A stretch of 64,000 nucleotides of DNA from Trichoplax adhaerens (GCF_000150275.1 NW_002060962.1:310001-374000), one strand, 5' to 3'. Shown: positions 1-15,193, counted from the first letter of the stretch. Translations and numbers: made by a program. The notes: a model not told the origin generated them from the letters alone.

Positions 1-3000
1 TCACTGTCAATACTTCTCTGCGGTAGTCAAGAGGTACGGTACTTTTTCAAAGAAATCGTTATATCGACGTAATTGCGGTCTAAGCCGCATTTAGATTCTA
101 GTGCTACTCTACTATTCAATGTAAAATTGGCGTACTAGCCTACTTTTTACATGTACCTACATTGTATTCACTTTTGATGATATATAATACAAGCGTGAAT
201 CAATGATGGTCATTATCATACCATTTAATTAGTTGTTTATGAATAATAAGAGAGCATGCATCATCGCTATGACGTAAATAACATTTCTAATTAAATGAAA
301 TTGGTGTAGATCAAATAAATATCGCAAGTTGAATCAGTAATGATGGCTAAATGTTTATTCCTAGTTGTAGTCAACAAAGGAAGAATATACATATACGTGA
401 TACCATGATAGTACAGTATACCATACATTAAACGTTGTACAATGGTAAAGTAGACTGTGTGGATCAGGTCAAATCCAAAATTGATAACAACTACAGTATC
501 AGTATATTGGCCATTTGGCGTCCACTAAAATGATTCAGTACTATACTAAAAGTTATAATGAAAACATTACACAAACAAAACAGACAATAGTATTAATTGT
601 TTTCCTATTCTACTTGAAGCCGGATCTATTAAAGTTTGCAGTAATTACCTTAGTTTTCTCAGAAATTATCTTATATACTGTAACCAGTAGATAATAAACG
701 TTTGAGTATACCAAAACTACATCAGTTATTATTTAGAGATTTTTTCATGTATTACGGCATGATTTTATAAACTGGGTAGTACTATAGATATAAATTGACC
801 GTTAAAATTTAGTGTGTCTATAAGCTTGGAAGAAGGTATTCTAGCATTAGATCGATTGACTTACATATGAGAAAATATCGAATTCATGCTATTTACTGTA
901 TACTACTGTATACGCGTATACGCGAGTAAATATTACGAAAGCCAATGGACTTGTAGCAAAGTACAGTAGTGATTTCTAGTGATGATCCAATTTATACGTT
1001 GAACTTTGACATAGGCAGTAAAGTTGGCCATTCAGATAATACCCCTAAAGGCACTACGCTATCATTAATCACCTTACAGATAATACTAATAATATAATTG
1101 AACGTTTATAGAGCAATTGTTCGTATACAAGCAACTCTTTCGAAATGATAAATTAACGAAGAATCGATTAAAGAACCGTTAAACCAAATCCGGTTTGTGA
1201 CCGGCATCCATTATACATGTCCGAAAGTTAATTAGCATCTGGGTAAATGTAATCGTCATATCAATTATTGTTCTTTTAATGTCCAATGTTACTGGCTACC
1301 ATCAATCCCTTTAGTGGCGTAAGTTTAATGTGGTTTTTAATCGAAGAAAACGATATTAGTAGGCAAGGAAAGTGAGCTCTACATAAAAAATTTTGAATTA
1401 AAGATGTTTATATGATAACATTCACTATAAGTATGCTAGTATAAAGGCATTTGTATCGTTAATGAATGAAGAAGTTCATCTATTATTGATTATCATGATT
1501 ATTGTAGTCTTTCTGCTGTACTGTATTCTACAGTAACTGAATAATGAATGGCCCAATATTTATTTAACTTGAATTCAAAAGCATCGTATTACGACAAATT
1601 TTTAGACGGCGCCAATAACTGATGTTCCGCCTTCGGAGTAACAAAATATTATATTAGTATCGTATCCTTAATATTCCTTATGTAAGTAAAATGTACTTAC
1701 ATTATAACGCTATTCATTTTAGCCATATGCTAATCAATAATAAAAAATAAATAGGAAGTTTAGTTCACTGCTTGGCTTCACGAGAGTTTTGTTTTCAATC
1801 ATTTTACTTCTTAGAAAATCTAATTAAGAACAGGCCTATTCAAAGGCATTAAGCTAAGAATGATAGCTTATTTTATAGCGGAAAACATTCTATTAATTAA
1901 AAAATCGTATCATGCTTTATATTGAAGTTATGGGATAGTTATTTAAATTACAGTAAGAGTTGATATGTGTACGTCTGTGTCGCTGGATATAAATCATAGA
2001 AAGAAAACCTCCTGAAAGCAGAATTTAATTTATGAATAATTCGAAGGGTAAACTACGTATAACGAGTAAATTAATTTTTCAACATGTAATTATAGTGAAC
2101 ATATGGAAGATTTGCATAGCATTTAATAAAAAATATCATAATAACTTACTCAAATTTAAAAGATATAATAATAAAAATCAAATTAAATATGGAATGAGAT
2201 ACGTATGCAATAATTTAATCATAAAAAATCAATATGACGAGTAACCATCGCATAATACGTATACATAATTCTTAGTAAGCTGAATTGTCTGATTATTTTG
2301 GAGATGTGTCATTCTTAAATAAAAAGACTTTATTTTACGATTTATTTTACATGAATTCAAAGATTAGATAATTAATTTTTTGATTTTTCTGTACGGTAAT
2401 TATGGCAAGTGATCGTATAACAACAGATTTCAGTTCGAGTAAAAAGTTGAACCTTGGCACTAATTATCCATAGAGGCTAAATTTATGGCACAGCTTTTCT
2501 GGTCATTATGATCATCATCTATCTGTCAACTTGCCAACAACATCGCGTAAATAATATAATACTTGATTAACAACAATATATGTTACCGCACGTACAGCAA
2601 GGGTTTCGAACTTATTTCACAGTATTCCCCAGCTGTAACCTAACGACTATCCCTTTAAATCGACGTATGCCCATAATACAGCATGCAATACAATACCTGG
2701 CCACTATTTGATTATAATCTCTATAGGTAAATAGATCAAGATTAGAAAATAATCTACTTTTATACTGTAAAGTGAAATGCCGTTATATTTACAAATAAAA
2801 TGATAATTCTATTTACTAATTGTGGAGGTCACATATGCTTCAATGGGTTTACAAAGACTTGACGTTTACATATATTTTATCGGAATTTTGTCGCTCACAT
2901 CGTCTTTACCTATGTAGGCAAATCCATTATTACGCTAGAAAGTCGAAAGTTCGATTATGATATACCAATCAGCTTATTTTTTGATTTCTGTAATGGAATT

Positions 3001-4940
3001 AAGTTTGAAGAAGGATTACGTAATGTTATGAAATGCCAGCGCAGTCATGTCGATACTGCATAATGAAGTATTGATACACGCCACTAGTAGCTGGTAATGC
3101 ACAGTGATCTAAGCTCATACACGATACAGTAATTTAAGATGCTTGCTTTTCGATTTACTATACTCCTGTGCTTCTACAGTTTATAATGTATGCGGTCGTA
3201 CGATACGTATTTTTGTTCAAATTTTGCCATGAATAAATTACAAATGAGAGTTTAATGTATTTCACTAAACATAGTAATATTAAAATTGTAATAAAACTTG
3301 TTTCTCGAGTTTCTCTATAATTAAATTATAATTGTATATGATTCGGAATAAAACAGATTTTATTATGAGTTCATTGTATTGGCTAACACTACTGTATAGC
3401 ACCATAGTAAATAAAATATTTTTTCTCATCGGTAGACCAACAATACTAACGATTATCCATCTACTTTATACGAATAAGAATAAGGATAGCGTAGCTATAC
3501 TGGATGTGCAGAACTTCTAGCGTTATTCGCGCAATAGAGTTCATAATAAGAATAACATAATTGTTAGATATCGGTACGATACAATGATTCTTATTAAATA
3601 CTTTTAAGGTAATATTAGTTGTCACCCCTGTAACATGTGATAAGACGAAATTCATCAGATGATAAGTAAGACAGAGTATGCAGTCTATAAATACCGGTAA
3701 TTAATAATAAAGTGCTAGCTACAATTATATTCTCGGAGTAATCTCTTACTTTGGAAAACACAACGATAATCGAATGGTATTTGCAGCAAGTTATAAGATT
3801 AATTATGTTACCTATACATCGATATCTATGCTGTATATATAATTATTAATTCGGAAATTGAATATTATGGCTTAGTAAAAGGCCCTCTATGTCAGTACTA
3901 TATTTCTATATCTGTGTCTATGTTTACTATTAATTTCCACTGTAACTCAGTATTGTGGCATATTCATTGTAGTACTGATGTGTAGTACAATGTTGTAAAA
4001 TATACCCCAGTGAAAAGATAAATGAATTGTGCATTGATCAATTTGATATTTCTAATGCTGATATATAGTATACTATAGTAAAATATACCCTACGAATGAT
4101 ATACTGTATTAGGCAGTATTGAAATATTAGACCATCGCATAAGATTTATTATAAAGAGGATTCTCGCAAATTTCAAATTTTATCATCCTATGATTTGAAG
4201 ATTGTAATTCGGAAATTGAATATTGTGGCTATAGACTTCAATTATTTAGACTTATTTCATGTCTAATTTTGCTTCAGTAGAATACATTTTGACGACAGTA
4301 ATAATAATTATATTATACATACAGATATAATTACCTATTTTTTTTAGCGAATTCATTACAGAAATATAAGTATTATACTGTATGTTCTCGACATTACAGT
4401 AAACAAGGTAATTAATAATATTTATGTACACTTGTACAGTATTTATACAATTAATAATTATAATATATACATGATATATATATATATATACAATTAGCGT
4501 TATTGTATGCAGTCTGACATGAATTAAAGGTGCAGCAGTAATGTAAAAGCGATCATCAAAGATTGTTAAACGCCCTCGTTATACGCTGAGTAACAGTACT
4601 GCATAAAAATCGAGGGATCTAATTCAATGCACATAATTGTAGTGTACAAGTGTACAGTTGATAGTTGGTAGTAAAGCCAGTAAATATACAAACCTAAAAG
4701 AGTATTTCCACAGTAGCCGATAAGATGCCATGATCCATTCTTTCTTTAGTATTCCCTGTTTCAGTTCATAGAATTCTTTTTTATATCAACGGATCCACTC
4801 ATACTCGTGTAGCTTCTTTTCGTAGAAGTGGAGTACCGCTTAAAAAAAGTGTGCAAAATAGATATCGCACAAATCTCTACGCTCTACTACAAACGCCGCA
4901 TTATTCTACGACAGTTGTTTTGTATAAGTGTAATATCAAC

Positions 4941-5062
4941 AGTACAGTACAGTACATAATATCAATCAGTACAGTCATTGAAAGTCATGGATGGGAAGGG
5001 ACGTACAGATGGTATCCACCCGTCACCCATCAACTACGGTAGCAGATATACAGTACAGTACA
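4941..5062. repeat. Short TACAG repeat tracts at the FBXW2 promoter
   Basis: cagtacagtacagtac at 4940-4955 and tacagtacagtaca at 5049-5062, just upstream of the predicted first exon. Confidence 0.6.
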
Positions 5063-5352
5063 CAAGCATGTAACAAAACGACGAACGACTGGTTATTAAG
5101 CTCGGTGCAAGGAGCTGCTTGATCTTCGATGCATCTTATATCGATCTGTTTCAGGTCTTTGGTGAGCCCTTTACTAGTTTATAATGGCTTCATACAATAT
5201 TGATCAATTTTTGTATGCAATATTATAGGATGCATGCTGTCATATTGTTTATCTGCGTCAGACGATGAAGTAAATTTATTAGAATTATGGTATCAGTAAA
5301 TAACGCAACGTAGTCAACGTCTACATAGTCTAGTAGGAAGATTTTAGGCAAT

Positions 5353-8159
5353 ATGACAGACTCATTTAAGGTTTGGCTGCAAACAGTTTGCAAAGATTTT
5401 TCAGAATTAAAAAACGAAGAGAAAACTATCTGCTTGAAGGAATTGATAGAACTTTGTGGACCTTCTCAGTTATTTTCCCTTTGGCATCAATTTAGTCCAG
5501 TTCTACACTGCGATTTCTTGCAGTATTTACCGTTGGAAATAGTTTATAAAATCTTGCGTTATGTCCAAATCGAGCATGCCTTGCAATGCCGATTAGTAAG
5601 CAGAAAATGGAATCAAGTTATCTGTCGCTGTATTCCGTTATGGAAAAGTGCCTGTAGTGACGTTGGAGTTAATGTTGATAATGTTTTGTTCAAGAATAAG
5701 CATTACAGCGCTTGGAGAAAATTATATCTGCAATGCAGGACGAAGCTTAAGGCGGTATCGAATACATGCTGTTATGTTGAAACCAAACTAGCTGGTCATA
5801 CATTGCCTGTTAGAGCTGTAAAATATTACCAAACTTTACTAGCTACAGGTATGAATATTTGTCTGGGATCTAGAATTTATCAGTGGTAATCATACTTTGA
5901 TGCATGACGTGTGACGATGTGAAAATATGTTCGATATCTTGTTATTGATGACTATGCTTAGGACAACGATTGTAGAATACAAAAACTGCATGTGTTATGA
6001 TATTATAGCTCTTGATCAAACGCGATTATTGTTACTGTCCTATACTGTACCATGGACTTCTAGATACTGTACCTAGAAGTCTACGCCTATATCTACCCTT
6101 TTACGAGGTTACAATGAAGAATGCTATTATTCGATTTGTTTCTATCATTACTGTAGCAAAGTTATGACTAACACAGTATGTGTAAACTAAAATTTATAGC
6201 ATAATATTGAATTGATATACGTATTAATTCTCTATTCTACTGCATTATATACTATGTGTAGGTTCCGATGATAGGACTGTACGCATTTGGAGAAAAATAA
6301 ATGATCAGTTTCACTGCAATCATGTCCTTCAAACGCATTCATGTGCAGCTTTAAAGTGTGATGCAAATATTATTTTGACGGCTTCTTTCGATACATCGGC
6401 AGCCGCCTGGAATTGGCAAAGTGGCCAGCTAATCCAAAGATTTAAAGGACACACTGGAGCAGGTTAATTTACTGTATATGAAATTATGATTTATGCGAGC
6501 GCAGTGAGTAATAATATTGCATAATAACTCGTTTCGAAATCTAGTTGTCTATACAAATAATTTAAGAATTGTTTTACGTTCGTAATTGTTCTTCTGCTTG
6601 CATTACAGTAATAGAAGTTATTTTCTGTACTGTTGATTATTGTATTATATGATATTGAAATCTCAAATGCAGTTCTTGATGAACTTGAAATTTATTGTAG
6701 AATACTGTATACTGTACAGTATAATGACACATTTTGTCGTTTTTTAGTAGCTAGTCATGTCAACGAAATTAAAATTTAAAGGAGCTTAATTTACCTAATG
6801 TCAAATTTCTATTTCAGACTTATACGTGTATATATGTATGTTATGATCAGTGCATAATCCTCTTATCCATGGTTTATTAGGACTATATTTACAAATAAAA
6901 CGTATCAGCCCAATACTATCCATAATAATCCATTCCTACCAACAATTGAATCTCATTGTTTCACCAGTTTCCTATTGCAATTTTAATTTTCTCTTAGTTG
7001 GGATATTAAAACACTTCTATTATAATACGGTTAGAGATGTATGAGCAGATTTTAGAACCTTATGATTTGTTTTGTCTTTGCATCAAATTCTATTACTAGT
7101 ATACTGCCTAGATTATGATCTAGACCAAGATTTACTTGTTACTGGCTCCACGGATAAGACAGTTAAAATTTGGAAATTATCATCAGGAAGCCTACTAAAA
7201 ACTTTACGTCACGACGAGTGGATTCTAGAGGTAATAATGTATCTCAGATGTAACAAGTGATGCACTTAAATATTAGAGTAGCACATTCTAGACCTCAAAG
7301 ATTGGGCTAAAGTATGAATTTTCATATAGGTAAAACTAGCCAAATCTTTAGTTAATGGCGTGAAATTCGATAAGGAAGATCTGCTGCTAATTGTAAAAAC
7401 GCGTCATATCCTTTCGGTGTGCGAGATATTATCTATTACGAAAGTTGAAAATATGCTGTATTCAATTTTATTTCTTTAACGATTGTATTACTGAAATCTC
7501 AGTTAATACTTTTTCAAATAGATCTCAATTATTGCTGAATCGTTTCGCGAGAAGTTAATCTATCCACTCACAACTCTAAACAAGGACGACCAATTTTATC
7601 CTACAATGCAATTCAACGGTCATGTGATTGCGTGTGCAGCAGCTAGTGGCTTATATTTTTGGAGTATATCCTCGCTATGCTGTATCAAGTACGTACTTCT
7701 TCAGCTTTCAAATTTATAGCTGAGACCCACGTATGCTGTACTGCAGTCTTTAACTACTGAAACAGTGCTGTACCCTAGCTAGTTCGTTACTATCTCATGT
7801 ACTGATATATGAATAAATATGTGGGATTTTACTTTAGATTTATTCCTTCAGAGGGAGATAAACGACTGGTCTCGTTTGGTAGCGCTTTAACAGTGATCCT
7901 TTACAGAAGATTTGAGGGAGATATTTTGCGTATTATTGACACAAAGACTGGTTTAGAACGAGCTGCAATTTCTTTCAGTGATACTTTTGAAGTGATTGAA
8001 CCTTGTACATTAAATTGGCTCGATGACATATCTATGATTCCGATGGATAACGAACCTCTGTTTGTGATGTCTCCAAGTGCAACGAGAAAACTAGATTTTA
8101 ATGTAATTATAGTGCAATGGAAAGACCTTAAAAAGGAACATGTAAGCGATTCTGTATGA
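5353..8159 (+). CDS. FBXW2: F-box/WD40-repeat protein 2 (6 coding exons)
   Basis: Exons 5353-5848, 6262-6462, 7100-7230, 7330-7416, 7522-7688 and 7838-8159 join in frame at GT-AG sites. F-box DFLQYLPLEIVYKILRYV..CRLVSRKWN; WD repeats LATGSDDRTVRIW, QTHSCAALKCD..LTASFDTSAAAWNW..FKGHTGAV and LVTGSTDKTVKIW. The N-terminus (FKVWLQ..F..L...EK...L..LI.L.G..QL) and the THSCAA motif match FBXW2 specifically. Probable 5'UTR intron 5162-5336. Confidence 0.9.
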
Positions 8160-8396
8160 CAATTTGTTATAAGATAATTGATATTATATAGAAATTGAGA
8201 ATTATTTCTATTTTGTAAATAATATCGCAAAAGATAATAATTTATGTTAATGCAACAACAATATTGAACAATAAATAATTTGGTTATTTTATTGGCCAAT
8301 ACAAATTTACTTTAAAGAAAAATTATGTTATTTATAAGTATATATACATATGCTCAAGTTAAATCAGCTTTATATATAGAATGTTTTGTTGAAACA

Positions 8397-10408
8397 TTAT
8401 AAAATGGCTGGTGAGGTTCCCAATGCAAAAAATGAAACTCCTTTGTCACGAATTCTATAGTGAACGCATCTACTAAGTGGTGATAGTGAATGCAAATCAT
8501 TTTGCTCTCTTCTCGTGAAAACCACCTTAAGCTAGGAGTTATTAGCAATCCAAAGAAAATTGAAATTCAGTATTTTTCCACAGTATAATACATACGAGGT
8601 AATAAAGGAAATTCGATTAGAACTACAACTGCACTTTACACACATAGATATTTTATACTAGTATACGTTATAAAAGACCGACCTGACCGTGGACATCCTT
8701 AGATCTCCCACTTTGTAAACCTTCTAACTCCAAAACTATGTCGGCAAAATGATGGAACCATCTACTTAAAAGATTACTTGACTGATCTTCAACGTCCGAA
8801 TCATTATGAATTAAAGATAGTATACAACCGTTGGTCTGTAAAGGAGAGAATTTGAATATGGTTAGGGTTAATAATTTTGAAAAAGCGCTATGCGTGCATT
8901 CTTTACAAGATAATATTGTTAAATTGATTGTATCAAGAAATAGTGATGATTGTATATAACCTTTTTACAGACGGTATGTTGACAGTAAGTTAGAAAGGTA
9001 CAAATTTCCGTGTGTTGAAATCCAAGATATAACAATGTACTGATGTCGTCTATAATCAATAAGGTCGGCAATGATTGATTTTCATTTGCAGAGATTGCCG
9101 AATTTATGGCTTGATATAAAGAATGGAGGGATTTACAATTGCTGTAATAAATTTTTTAGGTAATCCAGGGTTAGATCGAGTAGATGTAGTTTACAACAGT
9201 TGAGTGGGTTTACAATCGATAGATTAAAGTAAAACGTATATAGTCGTTGCAGTTAAGCATTACGGTACTTTCACATACCTGGTATCCAAAAGTGGGTTTT
9301 CGACGTCTCGATTAATAATTCCATCTAATGTATACTTCAGCCCGGGTAAAAAGACAAAAGTCTTATCGTCGCAGGCAGAATTTAGGTTTATACCCTAAAG
9401 GTAGATTTGTTCAATGACATGATGAGTGAGATGTAGAATGAGTTTTTTAATATAGCAGGTGATATTGACTGGATTTGCTTACTAGTTTCTGGGCAACTGA
9501 GCTATAATGACTGAAAGACTGGGCAAAAGCAAGCATTACAACTTTTCCACCGCCTGAGATTGAATATGAGAATGATTATGTCATCATAACTATAACGAAT
9601 TAATGAATTCGATGGATTGCAATACATCAAAGAAGTCACACCATGTAATTGATACAAATGGATAATGTTTGATTCAAATTTAATTTATTGATAAGTTAAG
9701 AAAGTACCGGTTATTCTTATCGGTTGATTGTATGTCGTGTGCAGTCTACAAATTTACCTTGAATGTATAATGATATAAAGTGGTGCAATAAGAAACTTCC
9801 ATCTGTTTGAGAATCTATAATGACCAGCGATTTTCCCTACAATAAATAGCAACAGAACAAAATGGTTAGTAAGTAGCGTACATTAATTAATAAAACAACA
9901 TTTTCGACGTTAAACTATTGTAAAGTACAGCATGCTAGTAGAGAACCATAGAGTGTACAAATCTGTTCTAATGGTGTCAGAGGCATACAGAATAGTTAGG
10001 TAGATCTTTTTTTACTTCTACGGGTATTGGAGTACAGTAATGCGATAGCAATGAATGAAATTTAGGCAACTTCATGTAACTTGCAATTTAGAAGCAGTAT
10101 GCTAGCAATACAGTAGAACATGTCGATTTACTTTATAGTAAAGCCTTTTCTGCGGTATACTTATGCAGCTAAACTAAAGTGCATCTCTAACTGTACATGT
10201 ACTTATGCATACAGTATTTAAAGTAGTCGATTTTGGGCATCGCAAGCGGTCTTTCGATGAACGAATAACAAATAATAAAGTAGACGAGAGCAGAATATGA
10301 TAGCCAATTTTAGCTAGGCTAATGCAGTACGAATGCCGTATTGTAAAGCATTACGTTGGGTAAATTCTTCTTGTTACATTCCAATAGAGAATTAAGTTCT
10401 GGAAACAT
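8397..10408 (-). CDS. ELP6: Elongator complex subunit 6 (7 exons)
   Basis: Exons 10408-10355, 9836-9758, 9553-9483, 9394-9279, 9141-8961, 8835-8683 and 8531-8397 splice in frame: MFPELNSLL..|GKSLVIIDSQTDGSFLLHHFISLYI..|..AQSFSHYSSVAQKL|GINL..LIIDDISTLLYLG..GLQSGRSKDVHGQ|L..YRIRDKGVSFFALGTSPAIL*. These motifs closely match ELP6. Confidence 0.93.
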
Positions 10409-12015
10409 CTTAGTAACGTGATTAAGACGATGTAGAAGGGCTCCTGAAGTGTTTAAATTTTCTTTCTCGACGCTGCTAGCTACCCTGCACGATGGAGCTC
10501 TAAGCTCAGAGACTTCGTCTGGAGATCGTCTCATAGGGAATGTCTATGAGCATCTCGGACTCAAGTACTGTATACTGTACTGTCGTCTAGCCAGAACCAA
10601 GTATGCGACTTGGAACCGATATTAAACCCTAGTACCGGTACTCGTTCTGCATACTATATACTAGCGTTTAGCCGATACTGTACCCTCTCTACTATAGCAA
10701 TCTTACAACGCGCCTAATATGAAGACGATGGATGTGCTTTGCAATTTTAAAAATAAGGCGGCTACTCTACATCTACTATGGCCAACATTGACAATGTATC
10801 AGTCCTTTTGACTTACGAGAGATCTCTTTCCTATACCATAGACATTCTTCTAGAGATCTTTGTCAACAATAATGTATAAAGTGCTTATAGTAGACCCTTT
10901 CTACATAAGCTTATTCAGCATGGCAAGTTTACTGGCGCAAGGCATACATCTAAGGCAACGCATCCAATTTTCCTTGGCAAAGCTACCCTACAGAAGTATC
11001 TGTAATCTCTATATAGGACAGTGGGAAAATCGTATCATATGAGAGGCTATCCTGTAGATCGAGATGAGGTGTAAATTTCCTTTGCAAAACAACCATGCAT
11101 CCCGCGTATGTATCTAGACTGGTAATTAATATGCGGAATAGTTGAAGCAACATGGAAAATGGATGCACTGCAAGTTTAACCTTATTGTATTCAGGTAAAA
11201 TATTGAATTATTTATTTAATTTATGTATCGTTATTATGAGGAGATAAATTGGGATTTAGTCCATATTATAATAGAAAATATATCCATTAATACATGTTAT
11301 TTACTGTATTTGAGTGAATTTCATCCCCACCCTATGGATTTTTCGAACCTTCAACTTCTATACGAAGTCGTACAGGACATTGTCCATACTATCACTGTAT
11401 TCCTTAACATATGACTACTGTAATTAGCTAAAATTATTGACAGACATACTGTAAAAATGCTTAGTTTGTCTACAGTGTATCATGTAATCGTTGATGGTTA
11501 TTTCTCAGCAAGGTACTTGAAAACGACTTCAATAGATGCCTCCCAATGCAGGACACATTAATTACTATCTATAATTGCACAAATAGTCGATAGAAGCAGG
11601 AGTAGCTGGTGTTAATCAATAGGGTTAATTAGGTTCTACTGCACTAGCATGGATGGCAGAAATTAAAAGTAAACAGACGTGAGGTAATACACTTATACTG
11701 TAAATTTAATTGAAATTATACTAATTAGAAATAATCGTCAAAGTAGTACGTATGCAGTTTCTGTTCTGAATCTACGTAAACAGTATAAGAAATAATTATA
11801 GCCTAGCTACATCTAGATATAGTACTCGCTTGATGTAAGAATGCTACGTATGCAGTTCCCTCATCGACATCAAAGATGCATAATTTCCATTTACAATGAT
11901 GCTTTTAGCTTTCAATAAGCTCTCCCTTACTGGCCAAACCCCTACAGTGTCAAGACAAATGATCCAATGATATGAAGAAGAAGCGACAGAATGATTGGTG
12001 AGTAAGTTGTCATGC

Positions 12016-12029
12016 GTTTCTATAGCAAC
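12016..12029. promoter_or_regulatory. RFX X-box (GTTTCT-AT-AGCAAC)
   Basis: Full match to the X-box consensus GYTNYY-AT-RGNAAC. It lies ~20 nt downstream of a strong donor (TG|GTGAGT at 11998) that probably ends a non-coding first exon of the CCDC60-like gene. Confidence 0.6.
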
Positions 12030-15000
12030 CGATGTAAAACATCTTTTTTATTGTTGCGTAATTCCTTACGTTGCATTTACCATAATGATAGCGATTGTTC
12101 TACTACTAGATAATATTCTTGAAACATTGCAAGGCTACTATCTAATTCATTGATAATAATATAGAGCACTACACACTATACACGTATACTGTACTAATTG
12201 ACTGGATCATTTTTGACAATATTAGTTGTAAGATTCAACATTAAATCATTCATCATTGTCATCGATATTAAGAGCAAGTCATATAGGGAAGTTATTGTCT
12301 TGGATATCAACTAATGCTAAGATCTATGGCCATGGAGAATTACTAGGAGTTACATCAATATAATGAACATTAATCTTGAGTGTTAACAAGCGATAAGACG
12401 AGAGCACGATTGCAATTGCTCAATTACTTATATCGTAACTTTTATCTATCTATTCGTATATTATTGTACAATAATCTTGACGCCAATCATCATCAATTAG
12501 GTAAGAGATTTATGCGTGTGTTCAAACTTTATATATCAACGTAATAACTACAGTCATAGCCATTAATTATTTTTAATTGGAAATGATTGGTATTGTTAGT
12601 TCACGCTTGTTCTAACGTTTCGATGAATTTCATCATCGTTAATAACATTGAACGTAAAGCGACTTTCGATGGTAAATGATTCAGGGAATATGGGCTATTT
12701 TCTTACGATGGGCTATTATAGTTATAATAGGAAATAAAGCTTTTTGATACGATAGTAATTAACATCTTGGCATACCGCTGTTTTGAGTTATGTGAAAGAT
12801 TTTATATACAGAATTAAAGTAATGTAAAATATTATTTACGTGCTTTCGAAGTAGTACTATACCGTTTACTTTATAAATTATCCGAATAGGCGTTACGAGT
12901 GATAGTAAATTACTTGTGCACTACCTGCAATTTTACTCATGTTTACGTTTTAAATAAATGTCCTGGTAAATTATTCGAGAAATAATTCCCTTGACCTATC
13001 AAAGAGGGTGTACCAATCGAGAGTCAAATAGAAGTAATAATTATTTCTATTCAGTTATACTAGTTACTCAGAAATTTTCAATAGAATTGTTGAAAAAGTC
13101 TTCCTATTAGATTGAGATGCTCTCATAATAAACCATCTATCTACTGAATTTTCTTATCAAACTTTTAGATGGGAAGTGAATACTGCTACATCATACGAGG
13201 AAGATATAGATATATAGGTTAAAAACAGACAACGTATTGACCAGTGTCAGGCCCATTGCCTATTGGTTTTGGTGAAAGCCATTGCTTGACTATTCTAGTA
13301 TTTGAAAACAAGCAACACTTATACTTGTCATTACATGACGGTTAATCTTCTACAATACCTTACTTATCTTGATTTGCTTAACCTTACGAGCGGACTATCG
13401 GCTAGAAATGATAATATATCCGACATATTTAAGAAATGTTCCATCCACAGCTCATTCAGTGCACTATTTAAAGACATATACAGTACTTCATATCTTATTT
13501 TAATACAATCCTGACGCCAATAATAATATCCCCTCACAACGTGGAAATTATGATCACGTCATGGATGAAAACTGAGTATGCTAAATTTTGTTTCATTCTC
13601 AAGATCAATTTCGGAGAAAGTAATAGAATTTTCGTAACGTGATTGAAATTCATATTGTCTTTTCCTTAGCAGTTGTTGGTTTCTAATGTAATTTATATAA
13701 ATATAAGAAAGAAACGAAGTAGGTGATTTTAAAATAGAAGCTATATGAATAGGATTATTGACATTTCGTAGTCATTTTTAATATGTGAGTCAAGATGTTG
13801 GTGCATACGAAGGACTGCTCATACAAAGGGGCATAGTAAATCATTCTTCCCTTCTCTAATTTTCTGAATGTATCAAAATTAAAGAAATCCATACTCAAAT
13901 CATTTCATTAGATTTGTTTGATAGTTAGATGATGCTGAAATGTTGTACCCTTGCAGCATCATTGTTTGAGTTGGTTTTCGTTCATTTACTTCTCTTCGTT
14001 TTAACGTAATTTTTGATAATGATAAAAAATAATATCAAATAAAGTCAGTACTTCTGATTACAGCAAGTACGATTTGATGTTTATATAACAGGCAGTTAGT
14101 TTTTTATAACAATACTAATTGTTCATACTGGATGATTTTCTAAAGCCTCAATTATTAAACGCCGAAATATACTGCTAATACGAATTCTATTTTGATGATG
14201 TTTAAATATTATAAAATACACAATAGTTACTATATACTGTATCAAGGGATAAATGAGATTTTTGAATAATACTTACTCGGAGTTTAAATTTTTCAACGTA
14301 AAGGATAGGTAATATTATCTATTTATATTCTCTGATAGGGCGTTCAATCCTTTAGCTCCTTTAACTATTAGATTTTTAAATTATCCTATTGTCAGAGTTA
14401 AAAGTTATTCAGTCTTTTTATGTAACAATTGCATGAATAGATATAATTATAGACTTTTGGGATAGTGCATCCTAACTCTCAAAATAGCTAATATTTAATT
14501 TGCGCTATTTTATAAAAGTTACATATTGGGGCTATTCTAATTCAAGATTTATGAAATATATTTTTTGGTCTGTTAAGTGTTACATCAAAAACTTACAATT
14601 AAAATCTACGATTAGTTCATAAAATTTAGAACCATGAGTATAAAAGTGTTTCTCCACTTTTTAAGTATTTCTTATTATTGTAATTTAGTGAGAAAAATAG
14701 ACTCTTTTTATATAAAAAATTCAGCATTCGATTTTGGAATATATTAGGGTATCTATATACGGTTTAAGGATCTGCTTTTATCGAAGTTTATCAGCATTAC
14801 CTTATTTTGAGTAACATTCAAATCTTTTAACTAATAGTAATCATATACTACAAGTATATAATGTAATGTTTCGAAAATAATGGAAGAATAGGTATTTAAA
14901 GTGATCTTTAATTTATCTTCGACTTAATTACGTATCCGCTCATGCATTTTTTAATTAATTATATTTAATCATAGTGAGATTGGGCCCTTTTAAATTGAAC

Positions 15001-15193
15001 TTTGAACTGTTATTTCGATTGAATCATTACCAAATTCTATTATCTATATAACATTGTTTGTTAAATTATAAATATCGATTCGGTATAAAATCAAAAAATA
15101 AGTTCTTTATGATCATAAAATTGCTGTTGAATGACTGCTTGTATTATGAGCAAATTACTTCATTTTTTAATTTTTTATTCTAGGTGAAAAAGT

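Noticed and set aside
2450-4731. Possible minus-strand gene divergent from FBXW2 (MASYRLLWKYSF.. with donor at 4693 and scattered exon-like segments)
   Set aside because: The candidate exons could not be joined into a long in-frame product, and no family was recognised.
7901-8548. Minus-strand ORFs 7901-8299 and 8354-8548
   Set aside because: The first is antisense to the last FBXW2 exon; the second is an off-frame overlap of the last ELP6 exon.
10778-11130. Putative small multi-exon gene divergent from ELP6 (MANIDN|HGKFTGARH..|TVGKSYH..)
   Set aside because: The chain needs a 21-nt intron and terminates early; no recognisable homology.
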